From IMG/VR virus record IMGVR_UViG_3300029267_004162, positions 62,001-126,000 of that record: a stretch of DNA of 64,000 nucleotides. One strand, written 5' to 3'. The notes beneath the pieces are model-generated. The model was not told the DNA's origin and did not search any database. It saw only the letters and a program-made list of their open reading frames with translations. Positions 1 to 9,262 of the stretch are shown in pieces. The number at the start of each line of letters is the position of its first letter. The first letter of the stretch is position 1. The translations under genes and the position numbers were made by a program.

Positions 1-570
1 GCTAGCAGCTTTTTCACTAGGTGATCCGCTGTTGTTAACTTCCATATACAACTTACTGGCCACACTATCGTACCAGGTAACAACGAAGTACCAAGTCGTA
101 GCATCTATCAATCCCCCAACATTGAGGTCACAACGAAGGGTACCGCCGCCATTCATCAGATACATACGGAGGGCGGCTTCACTGGGACCTTCCCCAATAG
201 CCCAGAAAAATTCATTATCTTTGAAGGCGAAAATTTGCCAATCTGTACTGGTGCCGCTAGTATGAAGAACATCAGCGTATATCCAGCAAGCCATGGTGAA
301 GCTGTCGCCACCACAGTGAATGTTATCAGCACTAGGGCAACTCAGATAAGATCCATCGCCCTCTGAGGTGTGAACGGCAAAATCTAGTTTACCGCTAGCT
401 CTAGTTGGGTTATTAGTAGGCGATAAATCGTTGCTACCATAACTGTCGGCTCTTGTACCGCTAGCTTCTTCGAACTTCCAATAGGAAGATAGACTATCAG
501 TGGGGAATAATGGGGGTGGGGTATCAACGAATAATTTGTTCAAATAGGGTGGTGGGTCTCCCCATGGCAT
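1..570 (-). CDS. LamG/concanavalin A-like domain virion protein (3' end runs off the window)
   Basis: Not in the ORF track; translated by hand from ATG at 570 with SD CAGGAG: MPWGDPPPY...SYWKFEEASGTRADSYGSNDL...SFTMACWIY...TWYFVVTWYD...KLYMEVN, a typical LamG-like jelly-roll pattern; open to position 1. Confidence 0.75.
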   Translation of the reverse strand, partial: MPWGDPPPYLNKLFVDTPPPLFPTDSLSSYWKFEEASGTRADSYGSNDLSPTNNPTRASGKLDFAVHTSEGDGSYLSCPSADNIHCGGDSFTMACWIYADVLHTSGTSTDWQIFAFKDNEFFWAIGEGPSEAALRMYLMNGGGTLRCDLNVGGLIDATTWYFVVTWYDSVASKLYMEVNNSGSPSEKAAS

Positions 571-584
571 ATCAAATCTCCTGT

Positions 585-759
585 CTAGTAGTCGAGGCCA
601 CTACCTTCGTTCCAAAGGGTAGTTCGTTCTGAAGTGGTAAGTGCTTTTTTTCCAAAAACTGAATCCGTCAACGAGACTTGTGTAATACTGATCAGTTCCT
701 GTCGCTGCTCCTATCAAGAAAGGACAAATTAGGCTTCCCCTGTCTTTATACGGCTGCAT
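585..759 (-). pseudogene. Frameshifted C-terminal fragment of a LamG-like domain
   Basis: Hand translation gives PFLIGAATGTDQYYTSLVDGFSFWKK, then a +1 shift at an A7 run (645-651) gives ALTTSERTTLWNEGSGLDY*, matching the usual LamG C-terminal motif. Confidence 0.6.
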
Positions 760-761
760 GG

Positions 762-1085
762 TTAATAAAGGCCCCTTTGATGGGTATCAAATTTCAGACT
801 AGCAAAAGTGCTGCTGACACCAGAGTGGGTGGTTTTTTTGAGGGCACGAAATTGAGACAAGGAATCAGCTACTGCCGCACAAAAACGAATTCCTTTCTTC
901 TCCATGTGTGCCTCCACACCGATGCACACTCCAGGTTTAGAAGCGTAAACCCCCACTAGTAGACCAATTTCTGGGGGTTCGGTGGAAGGATGAAAATGAT
1001 GCACATGAAAACACCCGCTTGTGGGAAGTTGAGCTAAAAACCGTCTGGTTAAATCTCTCGATAATTCCAAGATGAGTTTGTTCAT
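762..1085 (-). CDS. Hypothetical protein
   Basis: ORF track; 5' end lies inside the 79-bp direct repeat. Confidence 0.55.
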   Translation of the reverse strand: MNKLILELSRDLTRRFLAQLPTSGCFHVHHFHPSTEPPEIGLLVGVYASKPGVCIGVEAHMEKKGIRFCAAVADSLSQFRALKKTTHSGVSSTFASLKFDTHQRGLY

Positions 1086-1103
1086 AGCCTATTTCCATCC
1101 CGC
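1025..1103. repeat. 79-bp direct repeat, copy 1
   Basis: 77/79 identical to 2144-2222; both mismatches are synonymous in the MNKLILELSRDLTRRFLAQL frame. Confidence 0.95.
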
Positions 1104-1119
1104 GTTTTCATAGCCTCGT

Positions 1120-2121
1120 TTAGCCCCAGTACCAATCGACAAGTCCTTCAAAGGTCTTAGAGGCAGTTTTGATAGTCCCCCTCGACGGAAGATAGGGTTT
1201 TAAGGGTTTTACAGAGTTGTAAGTCCGTGCTGGGGTAGTACGAATGGTGACTCCACCTACTGCATCGATAGCAGAATCATGCAGCATTTTCTCTGCCTTC
1301 TTTTTGCTAATAGGACTCCGCGCTACCCTCTTTTTATACAAGGCCTCAATTTTCTTACCCTCAACCTTTATCTTGTTAGCTTCTTTTTTATCCCTAGCAA
1401 CGGCTACAAAAACAAGGCTGGTCCCTTTGGGCGTTCGCTTACGAATTTGCGGTCTTCCCGGACCACCCTGAGCATTACTCGTTTTTTTGCCGTCGAGCCT
1501 AACAAACCATTTAAGGGTCTTATTCAAAGCAGATATAAAAGGTCGGTCAAATTCATGAGGGTAACCACTCTGTATAAACATGGTAGTTACACTGGCCCCG
1601 GTAGATACAGAAAGGTCTTCCTCCACCCTCATCTTATTCACTATCGCCTTGGGTGCCCCTTTTCCTGGAGCCCAGTCTATATCTACACCTTCAACCAATG
1701 TCAGCAAAGTATCGAGAACATTATTGAAATTACCGGGACCCTTTGTTCCACTAAAGGTGTAAGTATCAAAATCTATTGATCCTACCTGGTCATCGGTAAC
1801 TGAATCATAGAAACCAGCAAAACGGCTTTTCATTGTTTTAACTTCAGTCTTCTTCTTACCACGAGCGAACAGAGGTAGAAGTTCCTTATAGGCCTCCTCC
1901 GTCAAACTAGCAGAGTGTTTAATTCTACCCTTTAGAATTAATATATATTCGCCAGAATAGGATATTGTACCACCGCTTTCATGCATCTCATCAACCGAGC
2001 TAGTCTCTGGAAAGACCTTTATTGTAAGTTCATCGGTAGATGCGGAACGGAGGGCTTCTGCCTTGCTAAATAAGTCAGCGGCCTTTTGTTCAAAAAAATC
2101 AGCTAAAAGTTCGATATTCAT
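1120..2121 (-). CDS. Hypothetical protein, candidate internal head protein, flanked by direct repeats
   Basis: 333-aa ORF with SD AGGAG; N-terminal LADFFEQKAADLFSKAEAL motif shared with two other ORFs; basic C-terminal half. Confidence 0.7.
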   Translation of the reverse strand: MNIELLADFFEQKAADLFSKAEALRSASTDELTIKVFPETSSVDEMHESGGTISYSGEYILILKGRIKHSASLTEEAYKELLPLFARGKKKTEVKTMKSRFAGFYDSVTDDQVGSIDFDTYTFSGTKGPGNFNNVLDTLLTLVEGVDIDWAPGKGAPKAIVNKMRVEEDLSVSTGASVTTMFIQSGYPHEFDRPFISALNKTLKWFVRLDGKKTSNAQGGPGRPQIRKRTPKGTSLVFVAVARDKKEANKIKVEGKKIEALYKKRVARSPISKKKAEKMLHDSAIDAVGGVTIRTTPARTYNSVKPLKPYLPSRGTIKTASKTFEGLVDWYWG

Positions 2122-2143
2122 GTTAACTCCTACTTTCTTTCAT

Positions 2144-2222
2144 GAAGTTGAGCTAAAAACCGTCTAGTTAAATCTCTTGATAATTCCAAGATGAGTTTGT
2201 TCATAGCCTATTTCCATCCCGC
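2144..2222. repeat. 79-bp direct repeat, copy 2
   Basis: 77/79 identical to 1025-1103; overlaps a 24-aa truncated ORF (2130-2204) whose TAG overlaps the SD of the 333-aa gene. Confidence 0.95.
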
Positions 2223-2459
2223 TTGTTGTAATGTTTGCATGGCCTTCTGCCGGGTCTTATTATTCTTCTGATGTTTGGGGTCGGTAAATTCGATATCAAC
2301 AACCCGTTTTCCTGGCTTGGAAAGCCCAGCACAGATCACGTCTTTCCCTCGGTATACTTTTACGTAGCCATCCTCTTCAACCACTTTCCAAATAGTAGAT
2401 TCGAGAGAATAGAGAAGTTCTGTCCAACTCTTCTTCATGGTAGCGAATCCTAACCCCAT
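2208..2459 (-). CDS. Hypothetical protein (start may be 2438)
   Basis: ORF track; packed in the minus-strand operon. Confidence 0.6.
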   Translation of the reverse strand: MGLGFATMKKSWTELLYSLESTIWKVVEEDGYVKVYRGKDVICAGLSKPGKRVVDIEFTDPKHQKNNKTRQKAMQTLQQAGWK

Positions 2460-3538
2460 CGAGGGATATGGGCCTTTCTGGTTCTAACAGCTACTACCGC
2501 TTGAATTCCCGTGTCATATCGGTATTGTTTCTTGGCTGCTGGTAGGGTGCCGGCGGCTCCACCTCCCCCACCATCGGCTCCAATGTCCCTCTCTAATCGA
2601 CCAAGCTCTTCACTGAGAAAACTCAGGTGATCATATTCGAGGGTGATGGTCTGACCACCATACGAAAATTGCATGTCACCTTCGAGTAGATACTGCGTTC
2701 TGAGAGTCCACCACGCAGCGGCTTCCACGAGAAAATGCTCGAACCATTGCCAGGGGAAATTGCTGAAAGTCCAAGTGCTAAAGGGGTGTACGCGATTTAC
2801 ATAATTGAGAGCCTTTACATAATTGTTGCATAGCTCTCCATCGCTATACGCTTGGATAATCCCAGCCTGTTTTTGGATTTTGTCTACGTAAACTCGCAGT
2901 TGTTTGATCAGACTGAACATAACGTGAGGTGCTGACCAGACGATATCGACTACCCGTTCAAAAGGCTTTCCGGTGAGTGGACGGTACTTCCAATAGATGA
3001 GGTATTCACCTCGCGTCAAACCAGGCAGTGAAAGCGTATAGCGGTACTGATCGGGTTCCTGTACTTCAATAACCTTGTTGCTGATTGCGTAGGTACCGAT
3101 TGAAGTAGGTGTTGGGAACTTGATGCCTTCCAAACTGCCGATGTATTCCACTTGAACAGATAAATCCACCACTGGAAAATCAGAGAACATTTCCCAGACG
3201 TCGGATTCGTTTTCCATCACGAAACCAACTTGCTTGTACTCTTCTGTTATGGGGTGGGCTACTACCACGAAAAAGCGAGAGATGGTATCCGTGTGGTCCC
3301 CACCACCGTATGTATAGGTCCACTCTATTTGGTGAGCCCCGAAAGTGGGATAACTGGGAACAGTCCAATCAAAAGCATACGCCTGAGGACCGGCCAAAGT
3401 GGCGGGGCCTTGCGTCAGGGTAGTGGTATTGGGATCCCGAATTACTACCTGCACCGCCCCATCTGGTACATGGGGAAGCGTTTCCCGAAAAGTAGTCTCC
3501 TTTTCGGGGAGTAGATTAGGTATGATTTGGTGAGCCAC
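2450..3538 (-). CDS. Putative neck / head-tail adaptor protein
   Basis: 362 aa, GTG start with GGAG SD; beta-rich N-terminus and helical C-terminus (LRVYVDK...YSDGEL...ALNYVN...QFSYGGQTITLEYD) resembling large-phage neck proteins. Confidence 0.5.
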   Translation of the reverse strand: MAHQIIPNLLPEKETTFRETLPHVPDGAVQVVIRDPNTTTLTQGPATLAGPQAYAFDWTVPSYPTFGAHQIEWTYTYGGGDHTDTISRFFVVVAHPITEEYKQVGFVMENESDVWEMFSDFPVVDLSVQVEYIGSLEGIKFPTPTSIGTYAISNKVIEVQEPDQYRYTLSLPGLTRGEYLIYWKYRPLTGKPFERVVDIVWSAPHVMFSLIKQLRVYVDKIQKQAGIIQAYSDGELCNNYVKALNYVNRVHPFSTWTFSNFPWQWFEHFLVEAAAWWTLRTQYLLEGDMQFSYGGQTITLEYDHLSFLSEELGRLERDIGADGGGGGAAGTLPAAKKQYRYDTGIQAVVAVRTRKAHIPRWG

Positions 3539-3553
3539 CTAAATCTCCTTGGG

Positions 3554-3736
3554 TTAGCGATCAAGACCGCCCCGACGACGTTTTCGTTTATTCTGCTTAA
3601 TAAATTTCCTCACCAGAGGATCCTTACTAAGTTTGCGCATCCGCCGTTCGGCTTCCTCCAAGACTTCCTCGGTGATTTCCCCACCCAATCCCATAGATAC
3701 ACTAACTTCTTCAGCAAAGCGCTTGATAGCACTCAT
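3554..3736 (-). CDS. Small basic hypothetical protein
   Basis: 60 aa, SD GGAG, KRKRRR tail. Confidence 0.55.
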   Translation of the reverse strand: MSAIKRFAEEVSVSMGLGGEITEEVLEEAERRMRKLSKDPLVRKFIKQNKRKRRRGGLDR

Positions 3737-3755
3737 CTTTTCTTCTCCGGTTGTG

Positions 3756-4574
3756 TCAGTCGTTCATCGTATCAAAAACTTCTTTGACCATTAGGGAAGC
3801 CTCAACATCAGAGACTACTTTACCTGTCGGTTTAGTCATTTGATACGCCTTATGAATAGTCCATTGCTCCCCGGTTGCGTGGGGTACTAGGCAAACTCCC
3901 CTTTTCTTGGGGAAAACTACCAAGATTTTGTTGTGATCGGATTGAATTTGAACTGGGCCTCCAAAGCGCTTTGTGCGATGGCGGTTGTCCCAAATAGCCT
4001 GAGCAACGGCAGTATCTGCTAATTGAGGCTTTTTGTTCGGGGGATCATCACCCCCACAAGAGGCTTCCCCTGAATTATACAAAGGGCTAGGTGATTGAAA
4101 CCGGCTATCACGACCTGTGCCCTGTGGTTGGGGGTTGGTTTGCCAATGAGGGGGATTGCCCCGGCCAGGACCAAATGGTAGAGGACTACGCCACCGCCAA
4201 GGAGCGGTTTGAGTATCATTATCGACGCGTGGACGGCGATACCAAGGTTTAGTGAAGTGCCAAGGCATCGCACCAGATGGATCCAAAATAGATTTGGCCA
4301 AGAGAGCAGCTAGACGCGATCTACATCGTTGCTTTCGTTGTTCTTGACGACTTTCTAGTGAAGCAGCCAGTTGTTTTGCAGTTTTGATCCATCGTGGAGC
4401 ATGAAGATCATCCATGGCCTCTTTGATTACTTTACAAATTCGCAAAGCAGCCTTACGCTTGGATGGACTTGTTGAGGGATTTCTAGCGAGTTTGTACAAA
4501 CCCTGAGAGGTTTGATACAGGATGGTTTGCGCCTCGACTAGATCTTTGATAATATTACTCATCAGCATTCTCAT
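3756..4574 (-). CDS. Hypothetical protein
   Basis: 272-aa ORF, Pro/Arg-rich middle segment. Confidence 0.65.
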   Translation of the reverse strand: MRMLMSNIIKDLVEAQTILYQTSQGLYKLARNPSTSPSKRKAALRICKVIKEAMDDLHAPRWIKTAKQLAASLESRQEQRKQRCRSRLAALLAKSILDPSGAMPWHFTKPWYRRPRVDNDTQTAPWRWRSPLPFGPGRGNPPHWQTNPQPQGTGRDSRFQSPSPLYNSGEASCGGDDPPNKKPQLADTAVAQAIWDNRHRTKRFGGPVQIQSDHNKILVVFPKKRGVCLVPHATGEQWTIHKAYQMTKPTGKVVSDVEASLMVKEVFDTMND

Positions 4575-5664
4575 CCAATTCAGTAACTTCAGGGTCCGGT
4601 GACGCTGCCGCCCTTTGCTTTTTGGTATTGGAAATGGCTTTGACTAAGCAACCATTAGCTACTGTGAAGAAGGGGTCTTCAGCCAGGCGGACTACCTTGG
4701 CTTGGAAAGGCAGACTAAATTGAGACAGTACCTCACGGAAACGCTCAATGAAACCAGGTACACAAGCCGTTCCCCCGGCTACTACAATTTCAAGCGGGCT
4801 ATCTATCTGAGTTTCCAATTTGTTGAATTCATTGGAGAGCTGTTTCAAAACCCCCTGGATCATCTCGGTATACGCATGGGTCAAGGCTAGTTTCTTGAGG
4901 TCTGTTGGATTCTTCTCTCGAAGATCAAGTTCTTTTTCTTTGAATCGCTGTAAAACCGAGACTTCCATGTCCAGCATGTTGGCTGCTTGCTGATCAATCC
5001 AATCACCAGATTGAGCAATCGAGAACATAATCAATGGCAGTTTTTTCCATGCCATACATATATTAACCATCCCAGCTCCGCACGAGATAGAAATCCCGGA
5101 GAAGGGGTGTTCACCCTCTTCATCCTCAGCCACGGGGCACTCACTAAAGATGATAGCCAGTGCTTCCGGAATGCACTCAACCTGGTAACCCAGGCTCATA
5201 AAGAACCCAGTCATGATAGCCTGGTGAAAAGTGACCGTGATATTGGGGTTATCAATGGGTTGGGCGGGAGCGCAATACACCAAGTGTTGGTTCTTGCAGG
5301 GCTGACCGAGCAAATTGCGGAGAATTTGCTGGATAATGGCGATACTGAGTTTTTCTCCACCTGTGTTCAGGATTCCATGACGCATAGGACGGCGAAGAGC
5401 ACCTACTCGGGTAGCAACGATATCAGTAGCATCACCCCCCAGGGACAGAGTGTTTTTCAGGCGAATAGCGTCCTCCCCTACCACATAGTAGTCGCCATCT
5501 TGTTGAACAAAGGACCAGTCGTTTTCACGCAGAAACTCCTCCGTGTCAACGGTAGACGCTGCCTGTAAAAAACAGTTGCGTTCTTGGGTGAATTCTGTAT
5601 CCCCTTCGTCAGACAATTTGCTTTTGACTAAAAAGGCGGTACCTACATCTAATCCAATGGCCAT
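4555..5664 (-). CDS. Actin-like ATPase (MreB/MamK/ParM/FtsA superfamily)
   Basis: All five actin-fold motifs in order: IGLDVGT (phosphate 1), IPEALA (connect 1), ISCGAGMVN (phosphate 2), VVAGGTA (adenosine), PFFTVANG (connect 2). Confidence 0.85.
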   Translation of the reverse strand: MAIGLDVGTAFLVKSKLSDEGDTEFTQERNCFLQAASTVDTEEFLRENDWSFVQQDGDYYVVGEDAIRLKNTLSLGGDATDIVATRVGALRRPMRHGILNTGGEKLSIAIIQQILRNLLGQPCKNQHLVYCAPAQPIDNPNITVTFHQAIMTGFFMSLGYQVECIPEALAIIFSECPVAEDEEGEHPFSGISISCGAGMVNICMAWKKLPLIMFSIAQSGDWIDQQAANMLDMEVSVLQRFKEKELDLREKNPTDLKKLALTHAYTEMIQGVLKQLSNEFNKLETQIDSPLEIVVAGGTACVPGFIERFREVLSQFSLPFQAKVVRLAEDPFFTVANGCLVKAISNTKKQRAAASPDPEVTELDENADE

Positions 5665-5673
5665 CTTAGCTCC

Positions 5674-6225
5674 TTATAGTTCGTCAGCCAAATCCGCTGC
5701 CCGGCTTTTCTTCTTTGTTTTTTTCTTCTTCTTTTTACCCTGACCCTTGAGGCCCGATTGATCAATGGACTTCTGGGTAATTTCAGCTAACAGATGTGGG
5801 TCAACGGAAGTACCACTTTCCAGAGCACCTTCTACTGATCCACTTGTTACCGTTGTTGTAGATTGACCGATTTGGTTTTTGATACCCAGCAAGAGGTCTT
5901 TCAACTCAGCTACTTGGGCATTAGCTTTTTCTTCGGCTCTTTTGTCGATTATTGTTGCCAACTTATCCAAATCAATTTCGGCTGAATGGTTATGTTGATG
6001 GGTTACTTTTCTTCCAACGACGGTTTTTGGTTTTTGATCTACTACCAGACGAAGTTTTTTCTCTCGGATCAAACGACGAAGTGTTTCGCTCGCACGAAGC
6101 TTCTTCCGAGAGATAAACTCTTCCAGATCTACGGTACGATTTTGGCCGATCTCTACATTCAATTCGGGAATGAAGACCGGACCAGGATTGGGATTGAAAA
6201 TGGTGTACAAGCCACTCGTCCTCAT
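5674..6225 (-). CDS. Hypothetical protein, candidate actin adaptor
   Basis: 183 aa, 9 bp upstream of the actin gene; small N-terminal domain resembling ORF 11151-11408, a helical segment and a poly-Lys tail. Confidence 0.65.
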   Translation of the reverse strand: MRTSGLYTIFNPNPGPVFIPELNVEIGQNRTVDLEEFISRKKLRASETLRRLIREKKLRLVVDQKPKTVVGRKVTHQHNHSAEIDLDKLATIIDKRAEEKANAQVAELKDLLLGIKNQIGQSTTTVTSGSVEGALESGTSVDPHLLAEITQKSIDQSGLKGQGKKKKKKTKKKSRAADLADEL

Positions 6226-6548
6226 TAGTATTCTTCAGTAGCCAGGTTGGATCGAATTCTAGTGACCAATTCGCCAATTTCCCGCAAAACACATTCTAGT
6301 CGATGAAAGGAATCTGCGTAACCATGTTCTGCTTCATATTCAGCGGCTTTCCGGATGATTTTCTCAGATTCATCCAATATGGACTTGGAATCGCACAATA
6401 ATTGTCTTGCACGTAAAAGACCAGAACGAACTGCTCTTTCTCCCACTAGTGTTCGGTTTCCCAAAGAAACCGATTTGGCCCATACCCTCTTTGCCTTCTG
6501 TAAAAGCAATCCCGCAGCAGACAGCAGAGACATTTCCGCTGGAGTCAT
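6225..6548 (-). CDS. Hypothetical helical protein
   Basis: ORF track; TAATG coupling to the next gene. Confidence 0.6.
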   Translation of the reverse strand: MTPAEMSLLSAAGLLLQKAKRVWAKSVSLGNRTLVGERAVRSGLLRARQLLCDSKSILDESEKIIRKAAEYEAEHGYADSFHRLECVLREIGELVTRIRSNLATEEY

Positions 6549-6603
6549 GGGGACACCATTTTCACCCCGGAGCGATAACGCTGGCTAGGGTTCCACAATC
6601 CTC

Positions 6604-7056
6604 TTATGGTAGGGGCCAGACTACGGTCCCGTCAACTAATTTGACCTCGTCAGTGGTCTCCCAATTGACATTGAAAAACACCTTCACTGGGTCTCCACCA
6701 TCTTCAACAACGTCCATATTACAATCTATCTTGTCCTCACCGCTAGGTTTATCAAAGGTGAGAGTTATTTCTGAGGCGGTTACGTCAACCTGACAGTCGG
6801 TTGCTGATGACTTAGCAATGTTATCAGCGGTCAGATTGGTTCCTGTGATGGTGATTATCTGCTGAGTGGCTATCCCATAGAAAGGGTCATGTATTAGAAA
6901 ATCGTTTGGTGATTTTTCAAACAAGACACCACACTTATCAAAGAAATCAAAGGCTTCTGCGAGAACAAATTCCTCCTCATCACTTATTGCCGGTACGTTA
7001 GGGTATTGATCATTTGTCTGCCGCATACTCGAAGCGGTTAAAGATTGAATATTCAT
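6604..7056 (-). CDS. Hypothetical virion-associated protein
   Basis: 150 aa acidic, beta-rich; SD AGGAG; follows a fibre gene. Confidence 0.6.
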   Translation of the reverse strand: MNIQSLTASSMRQTNDQYPNVPAISDEEEFVLAEAFDFFDKCGVLFEKSPNDFLIHDPFYGIATQQIITITGTNLTADNIAKSSATDCQVDVTASEITLTFDKPSGEDKIDCNMDVVEDGGDPVKVFFNVNWETTDEVKLVDGTVVWPLP

Positions 7057-7064
7057 AATTGCTC

Positions 7065-8669
7065 CTATGTCGCAAAATTGCCATGTGATACATTACCAGG
7101 AAAAGTCCCATCCGCAGGGGAGAAGTTAAAACTAGAATATGCACTAACGGTACTGTTGGATATCGTGATAGTACAGTTGGAACCTGCCGGTCCTTGGTAC
7201 CCTGTTCCTCCGGTTAGATAGATACTAGTACCACCTCGGGAGTGTCCAAACAGCGGAAGACTAGATGTACCGGATCCATTTTGAATTACCTGTCCACCCC
7301 AGGTTAGGGTGGATTGTTGAGCAACATGGGCAAAGCCATCGTATTGGTTGACTCGGAGACTACTGAATGAACAACTAGCTCGGTTGATGATATACAAGAA
7401 TATAGACGATAGCGTCCCAGGACCTTGCACACGACCACTAAAGGTAAAATTGCCTTGGCTAGAATCAAGCTGAATGAAGTAGCCTGAACTAGAAAAGGGG
7501 ATTGTGGCGGTACTTGAAATACCAACTTCAATACAACTCGCTGAGTAACCATAGAACATCTTCATAGAACCGGGTGTGGTAACTGTTAAAGAACCTAGTC
7601 CAGCTCGGTAATAAGAACCCATGGATACTTTGACCCCATATGCACCAATCGAGGTTAGTGACAGGTCACCACTCTGTTCCAGATAGGATCCGTATTGAAC
7701 ATCCAACGCGTTTGTGACATCGCTAATAGTAATGTCACACAGGAGGAAAGCTCGCGAACGTTTCACCACGAAGCCCACAGTGTTAGCAACACCAGGCCCG
7801 GTGAAATTTAAATCCTGTTGGATATTAGCAGAGGAAAACTCATTTACCCAAAATCCTACCCACCCGGTGATACCACCATTATGAGTAATGGTGATGGTAG
7901 TTGAATCATCTTCACCATAAAAACAACTACCGTTGATTACCTGAATACCTGTTTTGTCTGTGGGTACCCGGACTTGAAGATTGTCCTGAATAGTGAAAAC
8001 GGAGTTTTTATCAACTTGGATACCAAAAGTAGGAGATGAAGTCTGTCCTACTCGAAGTTCAGTGAGGGCTGTGTATCGACTGTTTTCACATAGTATGCCC
8101 ACTGCTGAAGTGTCAACCTCTACGATTCCATCACTTTGTACTACCGCACCATGATTGAGGACAAAAGCGTTGGCAGCACCGGTATTGGCGTAAAGATCCT
8201 TCAAAATCACGTTACAGTTTGCGAAGGTCGATTGAGAATTGAGAACAGTGCCACTGCCTCCAAAACTGGTGTAGTTACCTTCGATTGTAAGAGAGCCATT
8301 TGGTCCTACTGGAATACCCTGAAGATCAAATCCCGCAAAGGAAGCAGTTTCTTTGATATCAATGAGCACAGCAGCATCTATGCATCTGCCTTGTAGGTCT
8401 TGGATCGCCCTGTTGATGGTAGCATAGGCGGTTCCAGAAGTAGAGCCATCACCAGTGGTATCATTACCAGCCGCTCGGACATAAATGGTGAGAGCGGTAC
8501 TAATCGCACCTTCATTGGCCCACACTGATCCATCGTAAACGCGAAGACCAGCTACATTCTGGTTGAAGTACACCCTTCCTGCGGTTCCAACTGGATCAAC
8601 CGCCAAATTTTCGAATCGGGGGTTTATTAGATAACCCCCAGCTAATTGAAGATCACCATTCAAAAGCAT
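7065..8669 (-). CDS. Tail fibre / tailspike with pectin-lyase-like beta-helix
   Basis: N-terminal GRVYFNQ...LRVYDGSVW anchor motif, IYVRAAGNDTTGDGS...YATINRAI beta-helix cap, then repetitive G/S/V/I-rich strands. Confidence 0.7.
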   Translation of the reverse strand: MLLNGDLQLAGGYLINPRFENLAVDPVGTAGRVYFNQNVAGLRVYDGSVWANEGAISTALTIYVRAAGNDTTGDGSTSGTAYATINRAIQDLQGRCIDAAVLIDIKETASFAGFDLQGIPVGPNGSLTIEGNYTSFGGSGTVLNSQSTFANCNVILKDLYANTGAANAFVLNHGAVVQSDGIVEVDTSAVGILCENSRYTALTELRVGQTSSPTFGIQVDKNSVFTIQDNLQVRVPTDKTGIQVINGSCFYGEDDSTTITITHNGGITGWVGFWVNEFSSANIQQDLNFTGPGVANTVGFVVKRSRAFLLCDITISDVTNALDVQYGSYLEQSGDLSLTSIGAYGVKVSMGSYYRAGLGSLTVTTPGSMKMFYGYSASCIEVGISSTATIPFSSSGYFIQLDSSQGNFTFSGRVQGPGTLSSIFLYIINRASCSFSSLRVNQYDGFAHVAQQSTLTWGGQVIQNGSGTSSLPLFGHSRGGTSIYLTGGTGYQGPAGSNCTITISNSTVSAYSSFNFSPADGTFPGNVSHGNFAT

Positions 8670-8684
8670 ATTTTTCTCCTGGGT

Positions 8685-9251
8685 TCAATGACCGGAATTT
8701 TCAAGTCCATGGAAGTTCCTCTCAGGATCGGATCCGACAGGAAACAAGAAACTCTCTTCATGAAGAGAGGGAGCAGCGGATAAACCTGATTCACCACATG
8801 CTGAATTCAAACCTCTTGAAACAGCCCGAGCAATGGCCAACACTGCACGAGCTTCATCCTTTTCTATCAATCCTGAGTAGAAAGTATTGAAATAACCCAC
8901 GGTACTGGTCATAACCCCATCTACAACCACCACAACGACGGGCTGAATATTGGGTGTAAGAGGGAGTTTATCCAAAGCTTCCAGAGTTAGCTGACGGAGT
9001 TGTTCAAACGTAGCATTGGGATCATCCCAGTCTTCCAACGCCTCCGCCACATAACTCACCCCCATACAAATTTCTGGCTTATGATTGGCCACTTCCGGGG
9101 AAGTAAAGGCTATGCGAGCACCAGTTGCACTGACGTGTTCAATGATGGGGCTAACTACGGTCCAATTGGTGGAAGCACAGCCACCACTTAGACTAATCAG
9201 TCCGAGCAATAGAGCAGTTACAATAGCATGAGATACAGTAGGTATTACCAC
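8685..9251 (-). CDS. Putative lipoprotein
   Basis: Hydrophobic N-terminus ending LSGGC (lipobox-like). Confidence 0.55.
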   Translation of the reverse strand: MVIPTVSHAIVTALLLGLISLSGGCASTNWTVVSPIIEHVSATGARIAFTSPEVANHKPEICMGVSYVAEALEDWDDPNATFEQLRQLTLEALDKLPLTPNIQPVVVVVVDGVMTSTVGYFNTFYSGLIEKDEARAVLAIARAVSRGLNSACGESGLSAAPSLHEESFLFPVGSDPERNFHGLENSGH

Positions 9252-9262
9252 GATAAACTCCT

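Noticed and set aside
585-759. Diversity-generating retroelement template repeat
   Set aside because: No reverse transcriptase and no matching variable repeat visible in this window
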